Assembly: GCF_036321535.1 (NCBI RefSeq)
Contig: NC_087437.1
Location: 50,160,001 to 50,224,000 of the forward strand
Length of the DNA: 64,000 bases
Reading direction: 5' to 3'
Source: Camelus dromedarius
Taxonomy: Eukaryota
Part shown: one piece after another, positions 1-11,608 of the stretch
Layout of the letters: each line of letters starts with the position of its first letter
How positions within the stretch are numbered: the stretch's first letter is position 1
The notes under the pieces: model-generated
What the model saw: the letters and a program-made list of their open reading frames with translations, nothing else
Databases searched by the model: none
What the model was told of the DNA's origin: nothing
Position numbers and translations under genes: made by a program

Positions 1-978
1 GATCAAGAGCTGAAGCCTTATGTGAGAATATATAATCCTCCATCACATGGTGTACATATGTGGAACAAACTTTGTAGAATTCTCACTGAAGAGTGAGGAT
101 TCTGCCATACTCAATAAATCCTTTTGCTGTCTGCCTAAAGTACTGAGCCAGAAAACCTCATCTATTATCAATAGAGATATGAACTCAGAAGGCCCTATCT
201 GAGTATTAAAAATCAAATCGTTGACTTGCTATACTTGAGTCTCCACTTATACCTACTACTCCACATATACCTACTCCATATATACCACATTTTACTACTA
301 GAAAAAAAAATAACTGAAATAAGATGTGTTTGCATCCAATCTTTTTGTTCTAAAGTACATAACAAAAGCAAAAGGATCTTGTAAGATTTTTATACTTCTA
401 AGGAAAAAGACCCACAGCATGGACCTTCAGATGAATATTATAACCAGGTTCCAGAGTAGCATATTTTCTTAATGATAATAGATATTATGCCTGGCTGCTA
501 ACTCTGAGTAGAAGTCAAAGCCAGACAAAGCAGATTTCCTCTCCTTCTGAAAGGAGATTTTTACTATTATTTTCGAGGAAGAGGCTAAGTAATCTTGAGT
601 TGAATTCTGAACTTATTACCCAATAGACTTAAGGTTTCTTACACTACCCAAAGGTCCTCAGAATATTTTATCTAATAAAGGGACAGTTATATCAATCTCA
701 GATTGCTTTATTTAAAACAACTACTTTAAAAGTTCAATTTAAATAGTTTCAATAAGAACTGGCCCATCATCAAATTCTGTTGAATCCTTCCAACCTCCTA
801 TTCACAATGGGCATTCTGGTTTATTCTTTAATGTACGTTAATTTGGTTCAAGCAGGATCCAGACTGCACATCTCAGCATTCTACTTGAATAAAGAAGAAA
901 GCATTCAATTCCCCTCCATTACAAATTCAGCCTTCCACAAGTCAGTTCTGCCAGTCAGTGATGGCTACATTGCAAAAC

Positions 979-1044
979 CTGCTTTGCGAATGTTTTGCTG
1001 GGTTTTGTTGCTAGGTGATGACCGCGAAAACTTCGCAGTTCCTG
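979..1044 (-). other. Weak candidate internal exon (66 nt; NAGNAG alternative 63 nt)
   Basis: Minus strand reads tttttaaacctctcag|CAG|GAACTG...CGCAAAGCAG|gttttg. Locally CpG-rich and open in two frames, but the donor is weak. Confidence 0.2.
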
Positions 1045-2979
1045 CTGAGAGGTTTAAAAATATATGCCTGTAACCAGTTTCATATTAAAGAAGAGGGGAC
1101 AAAAAATAGGGCAGCCTGCACCTTAATTCCTTAGGGTTTACTCCTTGCCCTATACTCCCCCTTATCTGTCACAGAGAAATTGTGACCTTTAAGAAATGTA
1201 TATACACAACTCCGGAAAAAAAGAAGGAAAACAATATTCAATATATCATCAACTAAACCAGAGTAGAGCTGATAAAACAGAACTTGTCTTATGTCTTCCT
1301 TTTAGAACTTAAATTACTCAAGGATGGGAGAGGGGAGGGCAGAGAAAGAAGGTGAATAAACAATACCAGCCCATTCTCGCAACATTCTTTTCTGTTCCAC
1401 ATATTAGTGGAGACCCTTTGCTTAAAGAAATTGGCCTGAAGCTAGAGTCAGCTTGTACCTGAGCTGTGTTTCAGAAATCCTTGGTCTGGACCCGACTCAC
1501 CAGCCAAGCAGCAGGGATTCCTGGGAAAGCCCATAGGCCTGTCTGAGGCCTGGTCCTATGTCAGTGATTGATGAGGACAAATGTGAGAGGTGACACACTG
1601 TGAAATCAGACTGAGGCACAAAGAGTTAATCCTTGGGCTTTTTCCAAACTGGGTCCTTTGAGGGAAAAATAATATTTATTCCTCCCTTTGTTAATTCTGC
1701 AGCTAAAAAAGCACTCTTGATATCTTATTCACTAGGCTAGATGCCAGCCTATAACCTCTGAAAACTTCAGGAGATAAATACCACCCTAGTGGCAGTAATT
1801 ATCTGTCCTTGTTGCATTGCCATCATCAAATTATTTTAAACTGCTGATTTTAAAAGTACTATATTATAACCAATAGAGAGAGGAGAGCAATTGTTTCTGC
1901 ATACAAATTTCTCTTCACAAGTTAAAGGACCTACCTATAAATCACAGGGGAGAAAAATCTGAGAAATTACAGCCCTACTACCTCAGGCTTCTCTATTCTC
2001 AGAAATGTGGAAACAGCTTACTAAAGAGTCCCCCTTCTCTCCTTCACTAAGTCATTCATTTGCTTGTGCTCACTTCCTACTGGATCCTCTCCTGGGAGGA
2101 GGGGCCAGGCCATGTGGGTCTTTGACTTGGCCACGCAAGTGAGTTTCTTGTACTTTCACACTCTATATAGCAGATGCACAAACTTTAGCAGTGTCTTTTT
2201 AACACTTCATTAATTATTGAGCTGTGCCAAGAATAATTATTGGACTATGCCAGAAGTCCTTTTCTCCCACATCAGTAAACAGTAATTTAGAGAAGGGGGG
2301 TTATAACCTTAGGGTGAGTGACGTTTTCCCCCCACAGCTGTGTGGTGAGCTCAACAATACTGCATATGCTTCAACAAATGGGAAGGTCCACAGCCCAGCC
2401 TCTGCTGCACGCAGGAAATGTTATGGCCAGAGAAAAACCCACCACAATAATTCTGTGACACAAAATTTGAAACATCTCATTTACTAACAGATCCAAGATA
2501 TCTGTTCTGATTTTGTGCTTTTGTCCTAATTCAATAATACTACTAATAATAGTAATAGTAATGATGATAATAATAAATTCAATAACAGCAAGGGAATTGA
2601 CTTTCAGGATTTTCCTCACATGTTGTAATGGAAACCTGCTAACATTGATATAAGGCATTCTCAATTATTAAGATCTTTTTCTTTTGCCACTACTCAGTAA
2701 GATTTTAATTCTCTCCTTTTCTTTTAATTAATAGATGTTGCTTTATGGTCACTTGACAACCCTCATCCTGGGACTCAACAAAATAGAAAGGTGTTTTTCC
2801 TACATTTTCAAAGTCAAATCAGACATAGAAAAGGCTAGGCAGAGGCAGTGTTCCTCTGGCTATTTGGACCAAGATTTTTGCTGTTTGCATTTCAGAATAA
2901 TGAAACCTCAGGATTTGAAGTTTACTTAGTATAACAGTCTTCCTATTCCATACAATGCTTAAATTCCCTCAAAGTAATG

Positions 2980-3150
2980 CCCCACAAAAGTGGTTATCCA
3001 GTCTCTGCTTCAATGGAAGAGAACTTATTCTGTGATAAATAACTCATTCTTTAAGGTGGCCAGCATTTAAGTGTTCCATCTCATATATAGTAGAAATTTG
3101 TCTACTTTCAGCCTTGTTCATCAGTCCCATGTGGAGATACAGAACAACTT
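2980..3150 (-). mobile_element. Probable CR1/L3 fragment (ancient)
   Basis: Diverged resemblance to CR1 3' region (ggttatccagtctctgcttcaa...agaaatttgtctac...). Confidence 0.35.
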
Positions 3151-3199
3151 TGTAAATATTCCATGTCAGCTTCTTTTCAAACTTTAGGTGAAGAAGAAA

Positions 3200-3295
3200 C
3201 TCCTAGAGCTAAAAATGTAGATTCCAGGCCTCCATGTCCCTAGAGATCTGATTTCAGGAGATCTTCAGATGGCCCACGTAATTACACTGTTCTAA
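3200..3295. mobile_element. MER5-like hAT DNA transposon fragment
   Basis: aaaatgtagattccaggcctcc...agagatctgatttcaggag resembles the MER5A core. Confidence 0.5.
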
Positions 3296-3349
3296 GACTT
3301 TTCTTCGTGAGACTAGATGTCTTCAGGCTCTTTCAGTTAATTCTAATGA

Positions 3350-3908
3350 GGAACAACAAAGTCACACATGCCCAAATCCGATGACCAGTTCTCTGTTCTC
3401 ATCTTACTCATGTTGATTTCTCTGTCCTTCTTGAAATGCTTTATTCACTTAGCCTCTGTGGCAGCCCAGTCTTGCTGTTCCTCCTGCATTATTGTCTGCT
3501 AACATAGCACAGTGGCTTCCTTGAGTTCCTTCCGGAACGTATGAAGCAAACTCCTACCTCACAGTTTTGTACTTTCTTTTTCCTATGCATGGAATTTTCT
3601 TCTTCAATGTATGATGCCTTTATTAGTTATTCCAAGTTTCTGATCAAATGACAGTTCCTCAGAGATACTTCCCTGACCAAATTATCTGAAATAGCCTGCA
3701 CCCTATTCTCTACCCCCTTATACTGCTTTATTTCTTTCAGCATTTATCACTACCTGACACTATGGTATACATTTATTTTCTCATTTGTTTTTGTTTTTTT
3801 TTTCTCTCTAGTAAGAATGTAAACTATAAGCAGGCTGTTTTGTAAACTGCCATTTCCTCACTGCCTAACAATGTCTGGCACATAGTAAGCACTCAAAAAA
3901 TACTTGTC
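3350..3908 (+). mobile_element. LINE-2 3' fragment
   Basis: Typical L2 end tgcctaacaatgtctggcacatagtaagcactcaaaaaatacttg and upstream L2 motifs (cagagatacttccctgacc). Confidence 0.8.
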
Positions 3909-3914
3909 AGGGAA

Positions 3915-4657
3915 CTCATGCACTATAGTTGAGGTTGTAAATTGGTGTAGTTACTATGGAAAACAGTATGGAGGTTCCTCAAAAAATTAACAGTAGAACT
4001 GCCATATGATCCTCCAGCAATTTCATTTCTGGGTATTTACCCAGAGAAAACAAAAACAGTAATTTGAAAAGATAAATGCACCCCAGTGTTCATTGCAGCA
4101 TTATCTACAATAGCAAGATATGGAAGCAGCCTAAATGTCCATCAATAGATGAATGGATAAAGAAAATGTGGTATATATACAATGGAATATTACTCAACTA
4201 TTTAAAAAAATGAAATCTTGCCATTTGCAACAACATGGATGGATCTAGAGGGTATTATGTTAAGTGAAATGAGTCAGGCAGAGAAAGACAAATACTATAT
4301 GATCTCACTTACATGTGGAATCTAAAAGACAAAACAAACAAAACAAATAGAATCATAGATACAGAGAACAAACTGCTGTTGCAGGGGGGAGGGGGCCAGC
4401 GGGAAGGTGGGTTACAAAATAAGTGAGGGAGATTAAGAGGTACAAAGCTTTTAATAAAATAAATAAGCCAAAAGGATGTAATATACAGCATAAGGAATAT
4501 GTTCAGTAATATTTTAATAACTTTGTATGAGAACAATTGTTAGCAGACTTAACGTAGTGATCATTTCATAATGTATGCAAATGTCAAATTACTATGTAGT
4601 ATACCTGTAACTAACACAATATCATACATCAACTATATTCCAATAAAGAAAAAAAAT
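3915..4657 (+). mobile_element. LINE-1 3' end (L1MA9-like), 5'-truncated
   Basis: ORF2 C-terminus motifs (atggaaaacagtatggaggttcctcaaaaaatt; aaatgtccatcaatagatgaatggataaag), 3'UTR, AATAAA and A tail. Confidence 0.9.
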
Positions 4658-5089
4658 AGTCAAAAGAATCAAAGAGAAATGATACTGGGTCCTTTCACAA
4701 GTTTGATTAAGTCTATGTCCCTGTGAATGTGTGCTACTCCGAGTTTCCCTAGTAAAACAGAATAAGCTATATCCTTGTTTGAAATACTAGATTTTTACAA
4801 ATGTACCATTCATTTCCATTCACTTTTAGGGCAGCTATGTCACACTACTGAATCACATTGAGCTTATGCAGCTGCTAAGCCACATTGCCCTGTGAAGCTG
4901 GACATTTAGAACCAAGCTTAGGATCTCACATGCATTTCTGTTAAATGTTCTCTGATTAAATTTGCTCCAGCCTATTAAAATTATTTTGGATACTAATTCT
5001 GTCATTAAGCATGTTCCCATGTCCGTCTCTCTTCTGCATTCATTTTACATGACTATTGATTAATTTTCTTGTTCTAATCATAAATAAAA

Positions 5090-5310
5090 ATAGGCAGTAA
5101 AGAGGAGTCAACAGATCAAGGTTTGTATCTGGGCACTTAGTAGCTGTGTGGCCAACTTTGATTAGGCTAATTAAGTTCTCAGAGTTTCTGTTTCCTCATC
5201 TATAAAATGGAGATAATGATGCCTATCTAATAAGGTTATTGTGAGAATCACATAAGACTATAAAGTGTTGAGTATAGTTGCTGGCATGTGTAATCCATTG
5301 TTAATTCTAA
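5090..5310 (+). mobile_element. MIR SINE
   Basis: Core ctgtttcctcatctataaaatggagataat...ggttattgtgagaat. Confidence 0.85.
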
Positions 5311-7004
5311 CATTGAGCACCATGCCTGGTACATAGTAGGCACTGCACTGTCTATGTGGTAGGACTCTAGAACTGTACATCAAGATTATCAATGATCCAT
5401 TAATTAGCCCTCTTTGGGGTTCAGTTATTTCCTTGGGCAGTTATGAATACATCTCCTGGAACTAGCATCCTATTTGCCTTTCTCCATTTTGTTTAGAAAA
5501 AAAAAAACCCAAGAGTTTAATGCTATCTCCTGAGCTACCAAGCTGGTATCCCTGTCAAAGAAATAAAACTTAACTTACTTGACACGACTTAGTGAGCCCA
5601 CTGCTTTCTTTTCTGTATGTTCACAAATCATATCTGCATCTGGGATTGATGCCTGAATTACCAGTTTGTCACTGTATTATCATTACATCATATTTTCCTC
5701 TTCTAGTGCTTCCTTCATTCTCCACAGGTCACTAAAGACTAAGCTCATCTATAGTTTTTCTCAGTGCCCTGGTATAGACAGCCAAAACAGGAAACCAGCA
5801 CTCGTTCACTGCATCTAAGATGATTACTTGCAAGTTCCTCACATACCTGAAGTTTCAAGAGTCTCTTAACCAATGCTGTTTCTCATCTGATAGTGTATTC
5901 CTATCCATTTGCAAGAAAAGTATATAGCTATATTGGCACTTTGAGGATACATATCAAAGAGGCAGAATATGTACTCATTTGAGAGCTTAGTCTGATGTTT
6001 TCCATATTGTGAGAGCCTCAGGTAGAGAGACTGCAGTTTATTTATCTTCACTAAAAAATTAATCCATTAATATCTTTATTAATGGATTTTATTAATACCT
6101 TTATTATTTATAGTAACTAAGTGCTTCTAAATTGTCTTAGTTTCTTTACTTGATTGCTTTAAACAGCTAATCTTGGCAAATCCTTTCTTTATGTAGACTA
6201 TAAAACCAAATTTTATTCCAGGATTTTCTGAATTATAGTAACTGATGGTGGTTGGTGGACTGCCACTGGCTGTATTTCATTTATTTACCTGTTTTTTTAA
6301 TACATACCCATTCAGCCTTAGGGCTCACCACCAGAGAACTCAAATTCTTTAGCACTTTGAAATTAATTAAATGAAGTAAAGGATAAAAAATATTTTCCAT
6401 TATCATATAGTAGCTTTTTATTATTATTATTAATGGGATTTAAACTTTGATAGAAAATAGCATAAACGTTTCATTGTACCTCTCCAGAAGTGAGATTATA
6501 AGAAATATTCCTACTCCTAGCCATCAGTAGATATGTAACTGCTCAGAACACCAGGAAACCTTATATTTCTAGGCAAGGCAAATAAAACCTTTTGAATGGT
6601 TTTCCTGTGAATGTTTATTGGTTTGAACCTTGGTTAGTTTGACTCCATAGCCACACCTTCCCATCACGCCACACTAGTGCTCTCAAATACAGCAGAGCCT
6701 CTGCCCCTAGGAGCTTCATTCACCTAAAACAGTATCAAGAAAATCTGTTAAAATGTACCTTGTTCTTAGTGACAGTTATTTAATGTAGGGGAAAAAATAA
6801 TTTAATCAATTAAACCCAAACTTCAAGAAACATTTATGTGGTGGTGTGCTGTCTTTGAGATCCTACAAGATAGTTATGACATTTATAGTAGTGGTAATAA
6901 CTGTGTCTTTCCTGCTTCTCTTACTATTATAATTATGATTTAAGCGAATATTTGCATGCATTGACATGAACAAAAACCTTTATAAACTCTTACTGGAAAC
7001 ATCT

Positions 7005-9150
7005 GGTGAAAGATGGCCAAATAAGTCAGTATCATAAAATGTCCCTCCCCCTAATACCTAGTAGCTTAAATGAAAAAAAAAAGAAGTTGTTTAAAAGAAA
7101 GTTTAAAAAATCATCAACAGCTACCAAACCCAAAAAGAATTTCACCCTTATAACCTAAACTCAGAAAAATGGCAATCAGGAAAAGAAATAAAAAATTCTG
7201 GTTTATCAGAACCCAGCTTCTAAACTTGTATCCACACTTTCTAACCTTTTAAAAGCAGAACTGAGGAAACAAAGTATGTCAACAAAATCTTGAGGATTTT
7301 GAACAGTATTCTTGGAGCAAAGGATATTTGGATGAGTAAAGCACCCAGGGATATTCCATGGAAGAACTCCTAAAAGCTACCTTACAATGCCCCAGAACCT
7401 CTAGTAAACATGATTAAGAGCCTGAGATGCCATGTCCCAGGGTGCTGTGCTAAGTTGGGGGAACAAGCTGAAGCTTGGGGGACTATGATACACCCTTGGC
7501 GAGATGGAGTGTGTCCTGGTACAGAAGATTCAGTGGGTTCTCAAAAGAGAGAACAGATCTCTGGGCCCCCAGGGAGTGGCTATGCTCAGCACCATGGGAA
7601 CTCAGCCCACTCTAGCCATACTCTTTCAGACTTTAAGAAAGTATATGGAAAACAACACTTTATCCCCACACTGATAAAAAGGAGAAAGACCAAGAAATGG
7701 AGAATAATGTCAAGGACAGAGTAAATGTAAGATATAGACTGAGCTTCTCACATTAAGCTTGAGTAACTTAAAAAGAAAAGATATAGCAACTTTGTAATCA
7801 TACAGTAGAAGAAAAATTTTTCAAATATATTGAATATCCTAGGAGGCAAAAGCCTGATGAACCCAGATAATACTATCCAACAGTAGAAAATGCCTAAGAT
7901 TGATTTATCTATAAAGGAACTTAAAAGTATATGTATTCAAAATGGAAGGGTAAAACAACATAATTAATTGCAAAAAAGATGTTTTGACAAACAAATTGAG
8001 AAGGAAAATAATAACACTGAAGGACTAATAAATAAATTAGAAGCAGCAGATATATGGCAAAAAAACTTAATTGCAAAGAAGGGCTTCAGATGATTACACA
8101 AAAGGAAATATATGTTCATATATATATATATAAAATACATTATATATAATTTTAAATATACAAGGAAAAAGACAGCTATTAAAACAATTAAACAAGAAAC
8201 TGTTAGATGTGAAAGAGAGATAAAATCTTTACCAAAAAAATGATAATTGGTATCAGAGAACCAGAAACAGAAAAAACAAACGGAAAAAAAAAATTCAGAA
8301 ATATATAGGAATACAATCAGCCCTCTGTATCTGTGGATTCTGCGTCTGTGAATTCAACCAGCCATAGATTGAAAATATTCTGGGGAAAAAAAACTCCAAA
8401 AAATTTCAAAAAGCAAAACTTGAATTTGCCACATACCAATAACTATTTACATAGCATTTATATTGCATTGGGTATTATAAGTAATCTAGAGATGATTTAA
8501 AGTATACAGGAGAATATACATAGATTATATGCAAATACTACACCATTTTATATAAGGGACTTGATTCGTGGATTTGGTATTTGCAGGGGGTCCTGGAACC
8601 AATCCCCTGTGGATACTAAGGGATAACTGTACTAACATGAAGAAAGAACTAAATCTGAAGATCAAAAGGGTGTAGCATCTATCACAAAAAACTTACACAA
8701 AACCACCTGACTAAGTTATTCAACTTAAAGGATGAAGAAAGAATTCTTATCTCATCTAGGCAGAAAAATTAAGTCACTTATAAATAGAAAAAATATTAGC
8801 CTGAACTCTGACAGCTCTACAACATCATTCAGTAACTGAATTTAACTTTTTTCCCCTAAAGAGTTGAGGGGTGGGGAGTATCTTTGACCAAGAATATTAT
8901 ATCCAATCATGTTGCCATTCAATTAGAAAGGCAACAGTCCAGATATATTACACAAGAAAGAGCTTAGGAAATAAAACATTCATAATACCATATGAAGCCC
9001 TAATAAAGAAATCATCATTAAATAAGATGGTAAGAGAAATGATGGTGAAATTTAATAAATTATATATATAACAAAGACTATGCCTCTGGGGAAATATGGC
9101 CACAGAATAAAATGAAAATATTATAACCCTGATGTAGTAAAAATTAATGA
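7005..9150 (+). mobile_element. Old LINE-1 (L1M) 5'/ORF1 region, decayed
   Basis: Starts aagatggcc; A-rich ORF1-like sequence (gaagaaagaattcttat...ggcagaaaaattaagtcacttat); interrupted by MER2. Confidence 0.55.
8314..8629. mobile_element. MER2-like (Tigger/TcMar) non-autonomous DNA transposon
   Basis: TA dinucleotides at 8312-8313 and 8630-8631; imperfect TIRs caatcagccctctgtatc / gatactaagggataactg; interior ggggtcctggaaccaatcccc. Confidence 0.9.
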
Positions 9151-10364
9151 CTGTGTTCTGTTTTCAGTAATAACAGAATAGATTATACCAGATGAACCCT
9201 CCCACAGATAACAATTACAAAATCTAGACAAATTTTTTAATAAGTTTAATGCATTGAAGATTGACAAAAGGCAGGCATTTTGGAAAAGAACTGGCTCAAT
9301 AAAAGGAAGCTTTGCTGGGCAACATTTGCACTTGTACAGCTCTTCTTATAGTCATTTTCTGTTTTACACAGCACATCACAACAATTTGTAAGTAGGAAGT
9401 TTCATTCTTCCTGACATAAGAAGCCAGAGAATGGAGTTTGGGGCTGCCAGAGCAGCTAAAAAAGTGAGGAAGTGAAGGGACAAATATCAGAAACTGGAGA
9501 ATCAGAGAAATGTATGTAATAGAAAATCTGCATTTAAATTCTATCTGAGTCTTTGGCTAACCTTGAACTGCACATAAATGAAGGAAACTACAAGGACAAA
9601 GTTAAAATGTCTCACCAGGAGCCTGAGAGGTGACAGTTGGAAGGCTAAAAGAACTGAGTGGTGACTGTAAGTAGAGCATACCACAGAGGAGACAGATTGC
9701 GGAGTTTGAGTTAACAGCCTACTAGAACAAAAATGAGGACATTTCAGAAGTAAGTAACAGAATTCAGAATCTTTACAATATATTACAGCCACGATATCCA
9801 GCAGAGTCAAAAAATCACTAGCTGTGCAAAGAAGGAAAAATATGACCCAATAAAAAAAAGTAGTCAACAGAAATTAACTCAGAGTTGACCTAGATGCTGG
9901 AATAAGCAGGCAAGGACTTAAAGAAGCTATTAAAAATATGTTCAAGAACTTTAAAAAATGATTCATAATATAAATGAACAAATGGAGAGGAATCTCAAAA
10001 AATATGAAACTATTAAAAGGAACCAAGAGGAAATTCTAAAATGGTAAAGTACAACATTTTACATTAAATTCACCACATAAACTATTGAAGGAAAATGAAG
10101 CAAGTCTCTAAAATCTTGAGGATAGATCAATAGAAATTATCCAATCAGAAAAGAGGGAGGAAAATGTGAACAGCCATTCAGTGACCTGTGGAGTACACAG
10201 AAAGAATAGAGGGGGAACAAAAGGAAGAAGATATCACCAAAACTTTCCCGAATTTAGTGGAAAATATAAACTGAGAGATCCAAAATTTCAGTAAATCTCA
10301 AGCAAGATAAATACAAAGAAAACTGCAGCTAGTTGCATTGTAGTCATACAGTTGAAAACTAAAA

Positions 10365-10968
10365 AAGATACATGTACCCCAATGTTCATAGCAGCACTAT
10401 TTACAATAGCCAAGATATGGACACAACCTAAATGACCATCAACAGGTGACTGAAGAAAGAAGTTGTGGTATATTTATACAATGGAATATTACTCGGCCAT
10501 AAAAAAAGAATCAAATAATGTCATTTACAGCAACATGGATGGACCTAGAGATCATCATTCTAAGTGAAGTAAGCCAGGAAGAGAAAGAAAAATATTATAT
10601 GATATCACTCATATGTGGAATCTTAAAACATACACACACACAAATGAACTTATTTAGGAGACAGAAACAGACTCACAGACATAAGAATAAACTTATGGTT
10701 ACTGGGGGGAAAGGAGGTAGGAAGGGATAAGTTAGAAGTTCAAGATTTGCAGATACTAACTACCATATATAAAATAGATAAGCAACAAGTTTCTTCTGTA
10801 TAGCACAGGAAACTATATTCAATATCTTGTAGTAACCTATAATGAAAAAAATATGAAAACAAATATATGTATGTATATGTATTACTGAAACTTTATGCTG
10901 TTTAAACAGAAATTTGCACAACATTGTAAACTGACTATAATTAAAATTTAAAAAATAAAAAAAATTTA
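10365..10968 (+). mobile_element. Lineage-specific LINE-1 3' fragment (~600 bp) nested in older L1
   Basis: ORF2 end (ATWMDLEIIILSEVSQEEKEKYYMISLICG), 3'UTR and A tail; possible TSD aaaactaaaa/aaaagtaaaa. Confidence 0.9.
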
Positions 10969-11086
10969 AAAAGTAAAATTCTTGAAAACGAGAAAACAAC
11001 ATGCCACATAAGAGAGAAATAATGATAGCAATGATGTCTGACTTCTCATCTGAAACAATGGAGGCCAAGAGAAAACTGTGGAGAAC

Positions 11087-11608
11087 TGTGGTAAATAAAA
11101 GATAGCCAAAATTTCTTTGGTACTCCTCCCACTGAGAGATTCCTGCCCCTTTGAGTCTGAGTGGGCTATGTGATAGCATAACCAAAAGAATATGGTAGAA
11201 GTCCTGTTGTATCTGTTTATGGGCCTTAAGAGAGTGGCAGCTTCTTCTCATCTCTTGAAACACTTGTTCCTGAAGTCCTGAAGTGACAGATAGAAGTCCA
11301 ATTACCCTGCTCAAAAGATCACATGGATAGACTCTGAGACTACATGAAAAGGGTAAATGTGTATGTGAGCCCTAGCTTCCATAGGTGACATGCATTTGAA
11401 TGAAATCGTCTTGGACCATGCTGACCAGTCACAGCTGAATACCACCAAGTAACTACCACCAGTGCCATGTAGAGCAAAAGAATCAGCCAATCAAGCTCTG
11501 CCCAAATTTCTGAACCGCAAAATCATTCAATATAATATAATAAATTGGTATTGTTTTAAAACACGAGGTGTTGGGGGTGTTTGTGAGGCAGAAATAGTTG
11601 GCCAGATC
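11087..11608 (+). mobile_element. MaLR solo LTR (MLT1G/H-like)
   Basis: Starts tgtggta; ctcctcccactgagag...ccctttgagtctgagtgggct; ends ttgttttaaaacac...ttgggggtgtttgtgaggcagaaatag. Confidence 0.8.

Noticed and set aside
241..300. Short spaced repeats (ctccac.tatacctac) superficially array-like
   Set aside because: Three degenerate ~15-18 bp tandem units with no unique spacers; a simple low-complexity repeat, not CRISPR-like
1778..1797. CTCF-like ccactagggtgg on minus
   Set aside because: Poor match in the 3' half of the core
10760..11314. 184-aa minus-strand ORF
   Set aside because: Crosses an MLT1 LTR, an old L1 and a young L1 tail in antisense; a chance ORF
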